Below are positions 1 through 8,657 of a stretch of DNA of 64,000 bases, in pieces (position 1 is the stretch's first letter; every line of letters begins with the position of its first letter). This DNA is from Candidatus Bathyarchaeia archaeon (GTDB taxonomy: Archaea > Thermoproteota > Bathyarchaeia > Bathyarchaeales > Bathycorpusculaceae). Below the pieces are notes generated by a model that was given only the letters and a program-made list of their open reading frames with translations, searched no databases and had not been told where the DNA came from. The DNA is taken from positions 32,001-96,000 of the forward strand of contig JAVZLM010000005.1 of the NCBI GenBank assembly GCA_038883775.1, in the 5' to 3' direction. Both the position numbers and the translations under genes were made by a program.

Positions 1-2
1 CA

Positions 3-521
3 GATGTAGAAGTCATTGGATATGGCTGTACCAGTGGAAGCTTGTTTAAGGGTTTAAGCCACGACAAAATTATAGAAGAAAGAATAAGGAGGGTTTCTGG
101 AAAACCAGCAGTAGCAGCCGCTGGCGCTGTTATTGCCGCTTTAAAAGCTCTAAAAGTAAAGAGCGTTTCTGTAGCAACTCCATACATTAACGAGATAAAC
201 GATTTAGAGAAGAGATTCTTGATTGCAAACGGATTTAAAGTCGTAGATTTAAAGGGATTACAACTATCAGACAACCTCAAAATTGGAAAAGTAAGCAGTG
301 AAACACTTCATAAACTGATTACAAAGTTAAGACACGAAGAGGCAAACGGAGTTTTCATAAGCTGCACAAACCTTCCAACAGCACAAATTATCAAAAAACT
401 TGAGAATATGCTTGCAAAACCAGTTGTCTCAAGCAATACAGCAACGCTTTGGGCTATGCTTAAAAAGACCAAAATCCCTACAAAAATCAAAGGTTATGGA
501 AAACTCCTCGAAGAATACTAA
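3..521 (+). CDS. Maleate cis-trans isomerase / Asp-Glu racemase family protein (5'-truncated by window)
   Basis: Frame is open from position 3. Motifs YGCTSGS, ATPY, ISCTNL and PVVSSN. Confidence 0.85.
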   Translation, partial: DVEVIGYGCTSGSLFKGLSHDKIIEERIRRVSGKPAVAAAGAVIAALKALKVKSVSVATPYINEINDLEKRFLIANGFKVVDLKGLQLSDNLKIGKVSSETLHKLITKLRHEEANGVFISCTNLPTAQIIKKLENMLAKPVVSSNTATLWAMLKKTKIPTKIKGYGKLLEEY

Positions 522-550
522 AGTTATTTTCAACATTTTAGCCAAAAATG

Positions 551-722
551 TGGGGCCGGCCGGATTTGAACCGACGACCTTTCCCCGGAAACAGCGTTTG
601 GCTGTTCCTACGGGTTTCTCTATGACCGCTCCAGAATTTCTTCATTCCGCTTTGCTGCGGTCCGCAAACCCGTTTTGGCTTATTCTGGAGCCCGTCGTCA
701 TACCTTCCTAGACTACGGCCCC
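551..722 (-). tRNA. tRNA-Trp(CCA) with two introns (canonical 37/38 at 616-684; ~29 nt in the variable arm at ~580-608)
   Basis: Acceptor stem GGGGCCG/CGGCCCC-A; anticodon stem ACGGG/CCCGT with loop CT-CCA-G|A; T arm GTCGG-TTCAAAT-CCGGC. Confidence 0.9.
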
Positions 723-799
723 GTTTTGTGGCATTAGATTTACTTGAAGGATAAAATATATGCGTTATTCTTATTTTATAGGAAGGTTGAGGGATAAGA

Positions 800-1729
800 T
801 TGGCTTGGCTTTTGGAGAGGGAGATTAGGCGGGAACTGCCCGAAGAATGGAAGGGAATTATTCCAACAGAGGTTTTCATGCGTGAATCTGAAGATATTGT
901 TGAGAAAGCTAGGCGAGATGGTTTGATTTTGAGGATTTTGGGTGGCCTTGGAATAGCCATGCACTGTCAAGAATTTAGAGATTTTGCACAGAAATTGGGT
1001 AGGATTGGCACTGGGTTTGTAGAGGGGCAAGAGTATAGTGATATTGATTTTGTTTCTTATGGCAGTTATAGGGAGAAAATGAAAGAGTTCTTTGGCAATA
1101 TTGGTTATGTAAAGAGGAAAATGACGCTTTCTACGGCGGCGTCTGGAAGGCAGATATATTATCATCCAAAAGGCTGGTTTTATGTCGATGTTTTCTTTGA
1201 TAAGTTGTTGGTGGCAAATCATCCCATCGATTTTAGGGGAAGACTGGAGCTTGACTATCCCACGATAACTGTGACGGATATGCTTTTGGAGAAATTGCAG
1301 ATTTGGGAAGCCTTCAGCATAAAAGACCTAAAAGACTGTTTACTCTTGCTAAAAGCTCACGACATAAAAGTGGAAAGCGCAAAGGAAAGCATAGACGCAG
1401 CATATATTGCGAAACTTTTAGCCCAGGACTGGGGATTCTGGTATACAGCTACAACAAACCTCAAAAAAATCAAAATATTCCTCTCAGAAATCGAGAAACT
1501 TGGCCCAGAAGCCAACATGGACCCAACGCAAATCAGAAAGGAGGATAGGGAAGAGATAATCCAAAAAATAGACTCTCTATGGGAGGTTATAGAAAGAGAG
1601 CCGAAATCTTTTGGGTGGAAGATGCGGGCTAAAATTGGGATAAAGAAAAGATGGTACAACCCCGTGGAGCGCCCAGAAACCGTTGGTGGCTTTGGAATAT
1701 GGGAAGCCATCCTTAAAGAGAAGGGCTAA
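800..1729 (+). CDS. Uncharacterised nucleotidyltransferase-fold protein
   Basis: 309 aa with hGG...SDIDF and VDVF, a Pol-beta-like signature. Confidence 0.6.
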   Translation: MAWLLEREIRRELPEEWKGIIPTEVFMRESEDIVEKARRDGLILRILGGLGIAMHCQEFRDFAQKLGRIGTGFVEGQEYSDIDFVSYGSYREKMKEFFGNIGYVKRKMTLSTAASGRQIYYHPKGWFYVDVFFDKLLVANHPIDFRGRLELDYPTITVTDMLLEKLQIWEAFSIKDLKDCLLLLKAHDIKVESAKESIDAAYIAKLLAQDWGFWYTATTNLKKIKIFLSEIEKLGPEANMDPTQIRKEDREEIIQKIDSLWEVIEREPKSFGWKMRAKIGIKKRWYNPVERPETVGGFGIWEAILKEKG

Positions 1730-1768
1730 AAGCGAAAAGTTAATGAGTAATGGCTTACGGTGTATTTT

Positions 1769-1894
1769 GGGGTTTGCCGGTCATAGGGCACGGGACCCAC
1801 CTGATCCCATTCCGAACTCAGAAGTTAAACCGTGCTCCGTTCCCGGTTGTAGTGTGGTCTTCGGCCACGCGAAGCCGGGAAAGCTGGCAGCCCC
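1769..1894 (+). rRNA. rrf: 5S rRNA (stand-alone)
   Basis: Conserved CCTGATCCCATTCCGAACTCAGAAGTTAA; terminal helix GGGGTTTGCCGG / CTGGCAGCCCC. Confidence 0.95.
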
Positions 1895-1982
1895 TTTAAA
1901 ATTAGTGTTTAAATTTGGAGGAGAATTACCTAAAATTTATAACTAAGCTTTTGATAGTTTTTCGAAAGGTGAGCTGGTAATA

Positions 1983-3107
1983 GTGTTTGAGTTGATGATG
2001 CTCTTGGGAATAGTGTTGCTGCAGATTGATTTATCCCAGATTATAAGCCTACTCTACATTCTTTTCTTCGTATTTTTCATATTTTATGGACAGAGAATCC
2101 AATTGCAAGTAACGCTCAGAGAAGTTGAAGGCTCCCTTTATAAACTGAAATACATAAAGGATGAAGGAAGAAGAATCGCTATAGAAACGATTAAGGAAAT
2201 TGGAAAGCCGCAGACAGAACCCGCCAGCAGAGTTGACAAATTCTTGGAATACTTCACTATTTCACCGCAAAGTCTTGACCCAGCTGGTGTTGTTTGGAAG
2301 CTTGAGCATATCCTTGACGTTAGGGATACACGCTTCAAAGATGAAGTGAAGCTTATGGCTCCAGCGGCGGATGAAACGCAAGCAAACAATTTGGAAAACA
2401 CGCTTGAGGCTGCTATGGCGTTAAACTACATTTACAAGGTGATTAGGCATTATTACTTGCTTGGAAAGAAAACATTGAGCCTCTACGTCATAATGCAATT
2501 GCAAATGATATTACCATTAGTTATGCGGGAAGCAGAAGCCTACGCCAGCGCATTAAAAGCCTTCGCCTACGGTCAACCAATAGGCGACGGAGCAGGCGCC
2601 ATGGTGGCAGCAAAACTCATGCACGGGCACGAAACGAGAAAAGTGCCAAAAGACTGTGTTGTTGCCACAGTTCCAATAGAAGGACGCACAGCCTACGTTA
2701 TAAAAGCAGAGGGACCAGGAGGAAATGTTGGCAAAATTGGAGACGCCATTAAAACAATAATAGAGGAAAACGAGGGAAAAATTGCCACAATAATCATGGT
2801 TGATGCTGCCTTGAAACTTGAAGGCGAAGAGGTCGGCGAAGTTGCCGAAGGTGTTGGAGCAGCCATAGGCGGACCTGGAGTTGACCAATTCAAGATTGAA
2901 GAGTCGATTCTGAAATATCGTATTCCAATAAATGCTGTAATAATAAAAGAGGATATTGGCGATGCGGTTTCGCCCATGCGCAAAGAGATTTTTGATGCCG
3001 TTGACAATGCCATTGAAAGGATAAAGCATGTTATCTTGGAAAGAACTAAGGAAGGGGACAAAGTGATAATTGCTGGAGTTGGCAACACGATTGGTATTGC
3101 ACAGTAG
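1983..3107 (+). CDS. DUF1512 family protein
   Basis: N-terminal TM, PIGDGAG, VDAALKLEGE and GVGNTIGIAQ; the usual archaeal neighbour of map. Confidence 0.8.
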   Translation: MFELMMLLGIVLLQIDLSQIISLLYILFFVFFIFYGQRIQLQVTLREVEGSLYKLKYIKDEGRRIAIETIKEIGKPQTEPASRVDKFLEYFTISPQSLDPAGVVWKLEHILDVRDTRFKDEVKLMAPAADETQANNLENTLEAAMALNYIYKVIRHYYLLGKKTLSLYVIMQLQMILPLVMREAEAYASALKAFAYGQPIGDGAGAMVAAKLMHGHETRKVPKDCVVATVPIEGRTAYVIKAEGPGGNVGKIGDAIKTIIEENEGKIATIIMVDAALKLEGEEVGEVAEGVGAAIGGPGVDQFKIEESILKYRIPINAVIIKEDIGDAVSPMRKEIFDAVDNAIERIKHVILERTKEGDKVIIAGVGNTIGIAQ

Positions 3108-3120
3108 GAGATTGATTGAA

Positions 3121-3534
3121 ATGAGTAAGGCTTCAACGTCTACACCTGCAAAAATTTCTTCATTCATACTTATGATAATTTTCGTTACTTTGGCATTGTC
3201 TTTGACGGTTCTAATCGTAGCTATAAACGCCTTTATTAGCGAACAAGAAATTTTTGCAGGATACCTCTTATTGATAGGCTTCTTAGGCGTAGCCTTTTCC
3301 ACATACTTACTGTTTCAAACAAGAAGGCGAATATTGAGTTTGAGGATTGAACTTCCCCAAATAACAACCACGATTGAGTGTAGAAAATGCGGCTTCAAAA
3401 GCGTCAGGGAGTTTCAGCGAGGCGACTACATTTTTAAGGAAGTTGAACCGTGCCAAAAATGTAATGAGAAAATGCTGATAACGGCAATTTACAGAGAAGT
3501 TAGGGAAAAGGAAAGGGAGCGCTTCCCATTTTAG
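3121..3534 (+). CDS. Two-TM protein with C-terminal zinc ribbon
   Basis: Two hydrophobic helices, then CRKC...CQKC; ATG at 3121 follows AGGAG. Confidence 0.75.
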   Translation: MSKASTSTPAKISSFILMIIFVTLALSLTVLIVAINAFISEQEIFAGYLLLIGFLGVAFSTYLLFQTRRRILSLRIELPQITTTIECRKCGFKSVREFQRGDYIFKEVEPCQKCNEKMLITAIYREVREKERERFPF

Positions 3535-4436
3535 GTTAGGACAAGGCATCCGTCTTCAACCATCAAAACCGTATGTTCAGCTTGCGCCACGGGTTTTCTG
3601 CTGGCTTCGATGAATACTGGATATCCCATTATGGATTTTGAGGCTAATAATTCTTTGAAGGCTTCATGATAATGCTCTTGCGGAACCACATTTTTTAACC
3701 AGCGTTCAGCAAAGGGTAACGTTCTAAAGTTTTTCTCAATATATTTTAGAAGCTTTTTTGCGTGCGGATTTTTTAACGACCTTGATTTGAGAAAACGAAA
3801 AATTGTGACTTCTTCGCCGTCTTTTACTCGACCAGCAGCCTCTGAAAGAGTTACGAAGGGCTCGATGGCGTAAACTTCGCCCAACTTAATTTTTGAGAAT
3901 GAAAATTGTGAAACATTTGGGATGGACGTACCAGCATGCACAAGATATCTGCCAACTTGATGCCCGGTTAGGTTTGAGATGGGTTTGAAACCGCGGTTTT
4001 TTATGGTTTTTTCTATGATTGCGCCTAATTTTGATGTGGAAATTTCTGGGCGGATATTTTCTATGGCTATTTTTAATGCTTGTTCTGCTGTTTCCACAAG
4101 GCTTTCGTATTCTGGATTAAAACATAGTGTGACTGCAGTGTCTGTTACGTAGCCGTCTACGTGGACGCCTATGTCCACTTTAACCAAGGAGTTTTTTGGA
4201 ATTTTTCGTTCATCATTTGGAGGAGACGTATAGTGGGCTGCGATTTCGTTTATCGAAACGTTGCATGGGAAGGCTGGTTTTCCGCCCTTTCTTCGTATGA
4301 GGTTTTCCGCTTTTTCGCATACTTCAATTATCGACATGTCTTCATGCACAAAACTTTTAATTTCTTCTCTTGTCTCACGAAGAATTTTTCCAGACAACTG
4401 AAGTTTTTTTAGGGCTTCTTCATCATAAACGCTCAT
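3531..4436 (-). CDS. map: Methionine aminopeptidase type II
   Basis: AFPCNVS..AAHY, DIGVHVDG..D, GHQV, AIEPF and AQAEHT; start taken at MSVYDEE. Confidence 0.95.
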   Translation of the reverse strand: MSVYDEEALKKLQLSGKILRETREEIKSFVHEDMSIIEVCEKAENLIRRKGGKPAFPCNVSINEIAAHYTSPPNDERKIPKNSLVKVDIGVHVDGYVTDTAVTLCFNPEYESLVETAEQALKIAIENIRPEISTSKLGAIIEKTIKNRGFKPISNLTGHQVGRYLVHAGTSIPNVSQFSFSKIKLGEVYAIEPFVTLSEAAGRVKDGEEVTIFRFLKSRSLKNPHAKKLLKYIEKNFRTLPFAERWLKNVVPQEHYHEAFKELLASKSIMGYPVFIEASRKPVAQAEHTVLMVEDGCLVLT

Positions 4437-4506
4437 TAATTTCACACTATTTTTATTAATGCTAACAAGGTTATAGTTTAAAAGTTTAATGAGAAAGGTG
4501 ATGTGT

Positions 4507-5178
4507 TTGGCTAAGATAACATGGTTCGGACACGCAGCCTTCAAAATAGAAATTGCAGACAAAATTGTTTTGGTTGATCCGTGGCTTGATGGAAACCCAA
4601 CCTCACCAGTGAAAGCTTCGGAGATAAGTATGGTGGACATAGTTTTTGTTACCCACGACCACGGAGACCACTTGGGCGAAGCATTCGCCATCTGCAAAAA
4701 TACAAATGCAACCTTTGCTGGTGTGGTTGAGCTTGCTCGCCACGCACAAGAGAACGGTGTAAAAAACGCTGTTGGATTAAATTTTGGCGGAAGCATAGAA
4801 ATCAATGAAGTGAAGCTCGCCATTGTCCCAGCAGTTCACACATGCTCAAAAGGCGCACCAACAGGCGTAATAATTCAAGGGGAAGGCAAAACTGTTTATC
4901 ACGCTGGAGACACAGCGTTTTTTGGGGATATGCAGTTTATAGGCGATTTTTACAAGCCCGATTTGGCTTTAATTCCTATAGGAGGCTACTACACCATGAA
5001 CGCTAAAGAAGCGGTGGAAGCCGTTAAATTGCTTAAGCCAAAAGCGGTTATTCCAATGCATTACAAGACTTTTCCAGTTTTGGCGCAGTCAGCAGACGAA
5101 TTTGTGAAAATTGCTAAAGAAAAAGTGCCAAAAGTGAAGGTTGTTGTGCTGAAGCCGGGCGAAAGCTATCAGTTTTAA
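4507..5178 (+). CDS. Metal-dependent hydrolase, MBL fold (UPF0173-like)
   Basis: WFGHA, THDHGDH, YHAGDT and IPMHY. Confidence 0.9.
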   Translation: MAKITWFGHAAFKIEIADKIVLVDPWLDGNPTSPVKASEISMVDIVFVTHDHGDHLGEAFAICKNTNATFAGVVELARHAQENGVKNAVGLNFGGSIEINEVKLAIVPAVHTCSKGAPTGVIIQGEGKTVYHAGDTAFFGDMQFIGDFYKPDLALIPIGGYYTMNAKEAVEAVKLLKPKAVIPMHYKTFPVLAQSADEFVKIAKEKVPKVKVVVLKPGESYQF

Positions 5179-5738
5179 ATTGTGGGCTTGTGAACTTTGG
5201 GTTCAAGTGTTGCGAATTCGTCTCCGCCTATGTGAAATATCATCCTTGCTTTTTCTAAATCATATAATTCTTTGAAAGCCTCTTTTGAGGCATATGCCTC
5301 GACTATTTCGCCAACAAAAATTGTGTGGTCGCCCGTGGTGAACTGACTGTGGAGTTTGCATTCGAGGTGGGCTATGCATTCCTTTATTATAGGAGGCTTC
5401 ACTTTTCTGGCGGGGGCTGGCGTTAAACCAGTTTCCTTAAATTTGTCAAGGTCTCTGCCGCTTCTTCTGCCGCAAAACAAGGTTTCCTTCAATATTTCCA
5501 TTGTTGGAATGTTGACTACAAACTCTTTTGTCTCCTCAATAAGCGCATGTGAATATCTTCGTGGAGCGATGCTTATGGCAACCAGAGGCGGGTTTAGGGA
5601 AGTTGGCATAGCCCACGCCAAAGTGATTATGTTTGGTTTTCCAGCCTTGCCTATGCAAGAGACAAGCACTGTGTGCATTGGATGAAGAAGCCTTGGGGCG
5701 GATGAAAGGCTTACGTTAACTTTTTCTTTTTCAGCCAT
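5175..5738 (-). CDS. Flavin reductase-like FMN-binding protein
   Basis: PNIITLAW, FVVNIP, SGRDLDKF and GDHTIFVGEI. Confidence 0.9.
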   Translation of the reverse strand: MAEKEKVNVSLSSAPRLLHPMHTVLVSCIGKAGKPNIITLAWAMPTSLNPPLVAISIAPRRYSHALIEETKEFVVNIPTMEILKETLFCGRRSGRDLDKFKETGLTPAPARKVKPPIIKECIAHLECKLHSQFTTGDHTIFVGEIVEAYASKEAFKELYDLEKARMIFHIGGDEFATLEPKVHKPTI

Positions 5739-5751
5739 TTACAACACCACC

Positions 5752-6882
5752 TTAACGTTTCAGATGGAATTTATCTATTACATTTCTTGCCTTTTCCCGT
5801 TTCTTCCTATGCTCAATCAAGAATTTGTTAACCCTTTCCGTAAGGTCTGTTTTGCATTCGCCGCACAAAATTTCGCCTTTCTTACACTTCATTTTTCTTT
5901 CAGCCAGTTTTTTGTCGTCTTCCTCAAATAGGAAAGTGAAGTATTGGAAAACAGTGCAGATTTCTGGTTCGCCGCCGAGCTTTCGCTGTTCTTCAACCGT
6001 TGCTTTACCACCAGTGAAGGCGTTCCAAATTTTCCTTTTCACAACCTCTGGCGGGTCTATAACAAATATGGAGGTCTCGGGTTCTGAAGCGCTCATTTTT
6101 CCTCCAACACCTAACCCGGGCAAAAAGCGACAGTGAATTTGGGCTGGCTTGTAATAGCCAAGTTTTTGAGCTATGTCGCGAGTTACCCGCCAATATGGGT
6201 CTTGGTCTATGGCTGCCGGAATCAAGGCTGGAACATTTTCACCAGTTAATTTTGCGTGAATAAAGCATGGAACTGCCTGGATGGCTGGCCAGAAAATCCA
6301 ACCAATGTTTGTGCTTTCTTGGAACCCAAAGGTGGCTCTGGCTGTGGAGTAGGTTATGCGTTTCGCAACTTCCAAGGCAATATCATAAAGCAAGCCAATA
6401 TCTTCAACATCAAAAATTATATACGTGTCTTCTGGTTCAAAGCCTAAAGCAATTAGATCCAAAGCATTCTCGTAAGCAAAATTTCTAGTATCTTTAAGCT
6501 TCAATTCATCTTCTACTAAGAATTTTTCGTCATCAGTCATCTGAAAATAAAGCCTCGTCTTAAACTTGTCCTGCAAATGTTTCGTGAAAATCCATGGAAT
6601 AAGATGCCCAATATGAACAGGACCAGAAGGACCTCTGCCAGTGTAGAGAACGAATTTTTTTCCCTTCTCATACAAGTCTAAAACAACATCCAAATCACGA
6701 TGGGAAAAAAATAGCCCTCTTTGCAACTGAAGGTGGAGTTCGCCTGTGTATTTTTGCAGTCTTTGCAGTAGCTCATCTGTTAGGGGTTGCGTTCCAAAGT
6801 CCCTTATTAAACGTTCATAATCTACTTTGCCCCTAACTTCCCAAGGGGTAACAACCATTTCATTCTTGTTTTTTTCAGCCAA
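5752..6882 (-). CDS. trpS: Tryptophan--tRNA ligase
   Basis: VTPW, YTGRGPS..HIGH, AIDQDPY and KMSAS. Confidence 0.97.
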   Translation of the reverse strand: MAEKNKNEMVVTPWEVRGKVDYERLIRDFGTQPLTDELLQRLQKYTGELHLQLQRGLFFSHRDLDVVLDLYEKGKKFVLYTGRGPSGPVHIGHLIPWIFTKHLQDKFKTRLYFQMTDDEKFLVEDELKLKDTRNFAYENALDLIALGFEPEDTYIIFDVEDIGLLYDIALEVAKRITYSTARATFGFQESTNIGWIFWPAIQAVPCFIHAKLTGENVPALIPAAIDQDPYWRVTRDIAQKLGYYKPAQIHCRFLPGLGVGGKMSASEPETSIFVIDPPEVVKRKIWNAFTGGKATVEEQRKLGGEPEICTVFQYFTFLFEEDDKKLAERKMKCKKGEILCGECKTDLTERVNKFLIEHRKKREKARNVIDKFHLKR

Positions 6883-7144
6883 TTGAATGCCGCCTATGCT
6901 TTTTTGCTCTTTATAAGATTCATGAAAAACGTATTAAGTTTTGTGCGATTTCGTAAAGGAATAAGCTATAAATATGATTTCTTCTTTTGGTTATTGTGTT
7001 GTTGGTGAAGGGATGCCTCGCCAATTTACTTAAGGCATCATGCCTTTTCTCTAGATAATATAGTGTGGCTCATGCATAGTTTTATTAAAACTGAAACAAC
7101 TACAATACGAAGCATAACCGTTCAAATTCACGAGGGGAAAAGTC

Positions 7145-8656
7145 ATGGTTAAGCTTAGAGAACAAGAGTATAAACTGCTTTTAAGCCTAAAAAAGCTTGA
7201 TGGAAAGGCTTCCATAGAACAAATAATGGCTGAGAGCGGACTTTCTGATGCAGCCGTGATGCGGGCAGCTTTGACATTACAAGAGAGGAAACTTTTGAAA
7301 ATTCATGAAGAGAAACAAACAGTAGTTAGGCTTAACGAAGAAGGAAAAATTCACGCAAAAAGGGGTTTACCAGAAAGACGCCTAATAGATGCTTTAGAAG
7401 AGCTTGGCAAGAAAGCCTCAATCGAAAAAGTGGTTGAAAAAGCCAACTTAGAAAAACATTTCATACCTATAGCCTTAGGATGGATTCAAAAGAAAAAATG
7501 GGCAACACTGGACACAAAGACTGATACTTTGCAGATGCTTGAAAAAACAAAAGAAGAAGATGACGAAAGGCTTTTGAAACTTTTAAACAAAAAGGGACAA
7601 GAAGTAATCGAAAATTTAAGCCCAGAACTTCAAAAAGCTGCTCAAATTTTAAAAAAGCGAAAGCTTCTGGAAACAGAGGAAAAGGCAAAAAGAATCATCG
7701 AATTGGAAGAGGCTGGATGGAAAGCAGTAAAGAAAGGAGTGAAAGTTGCTGCGGAAATAACCCAACTCACGCCAGAAATCATCATCAGCGGAAAATGGAG
7801 AAAAACAAAACTTCAGAAATACAACATAGAATCCCCTGTGGCAAAAACTTGGCCTGGCAAAAAACATCCTTACCTACAGTTTTTGGATGAAGTTAAAGAA
7901 AAGCTTGTGACCTTAGGATTTAAGGAAATGACAGGCCCAACCGTGGAAACGTCTTTCTTCAATTTTGACGCCTTGTATACTCCGCAAGATCATCCAGCCC
8001 GGGAAATTTTCGGCATATACTTCGTGAAATCGCCAAAGTATGGCAGCATAAACGCCAGCAAGCATGTTTTAAAGAATGTTAAGGAAACCCATGAAAATGG
8101 GTGGAAGACTGGTTCCAAGGGATGGGGATACCGATATTCCCTAAAAGAGGCTAGGCGCCTAATCCTTCGTGGTCATGGAACATGCTTAAGCGCCAGAACT
8201 CTCTTAAGCAGGGATTTGGAGATTCCTGGACGCTATTTCTCGATTGTGCGCTGTTATAGACCAGAGGTTGTGGATAAGACGCATCTTACAGAATTTAACC
8301 AGGTGGAGGGCATAGTTGTGGATAAGGATTTAACCCTTAGAGACCTTCTTGGGGTTTTAGAAAAATTTGCCATTGAAATTGCTGGAGCTGACGAGGTCAA
8401 ATTTAGACCAGACTATTTCCCCTTCACAGAGCCAAGCGTGGAATTGAGCGCTTACAAGAAGGGTTATGGGTGGATTGAGTTTGGGGGTTCTGGCATTTTT
8501 AGACCAGAGGTTACTCTGCCATTGGGTGTTAATGTGCCAGTTATCGCTTGGGGTTTGGGCATTGACCGCTTATTCATGATGAAGGCTGGGATAGATGACA
8601 TTCGCCAAATTTTCTCTTATGATTTGGATTGGATAAGGAGGAAAAGGGTGGTTTAG
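7145..8656 (+). CDS. pheS: Phenylalanine--tRNA ligase alpha subunit
   Basis: PQDHPAR, THLTEFNQVEG, YFPFTEPS and GIFRPEV. Confidence 0.97.
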   Translation: MVKLREQEYKLLLSLKKLDGKASIEQIMAESGLSDAAVMRAALTLQERKLLKIHEEKQTVVRLNEEGKIHAKRGLPERRLIDALEELGKKASIEKVVEKANLEKHFIPIALGWIQKKKWATLDTKTDTLQMLEKTKEEDDERLLKLLNKKGQEVIENLSPELQKAAQILKKRKLLETEEKAKRIIELEEAGWKAVKKGVKVAAEITQLTPEIIISGKWRKTKLQKYNIESPVAKTWPGKKHPYLQFLDEVKEKLVTLGFKEMTGPTVETSFFNFDALYTPQDHPAREIFGIYFVKSPKYGSINASKHVLKNVKETHENGWKTGSKGWGYRYSLKEARRLILRGHGTCLSARTLLSRDLEIPGRYFSIVRCYRPEVVDKTHLTEFNQVEGIVVDKDLTLRDLLGVLEKFAIEIAGADEVKFRPDYFPFTEPSVELSAYKKGYGWIEFGGSGIFRPEVTLPLGVNVPVIAWGLGIDRLFMMKAGIDDIRQIFSYDLDWIRRKRVV

Positions 8657-8657
8657 G

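Noticed and set aside
400-960. ORFs 400-711 (+) and 538-960 (-)
   Set aside because: They overlap the tRNA-Trp gene and have no protein motifs.
1683-1946. 87-aa ORF
   Set aside because: It is a translation of the 5S rRNA.
2553-3302. 249-aa antisense ORF (likewise 13312-13971 and many shorter ones)
   Set aside because: These are shadow frames of recognisable genes on the opposite strand.
4437-4823. N-terminal extension of map in the ORF track
   Set aside because: It is antisense to the MBL hydrolase; the MetAP domain starts at 4436.
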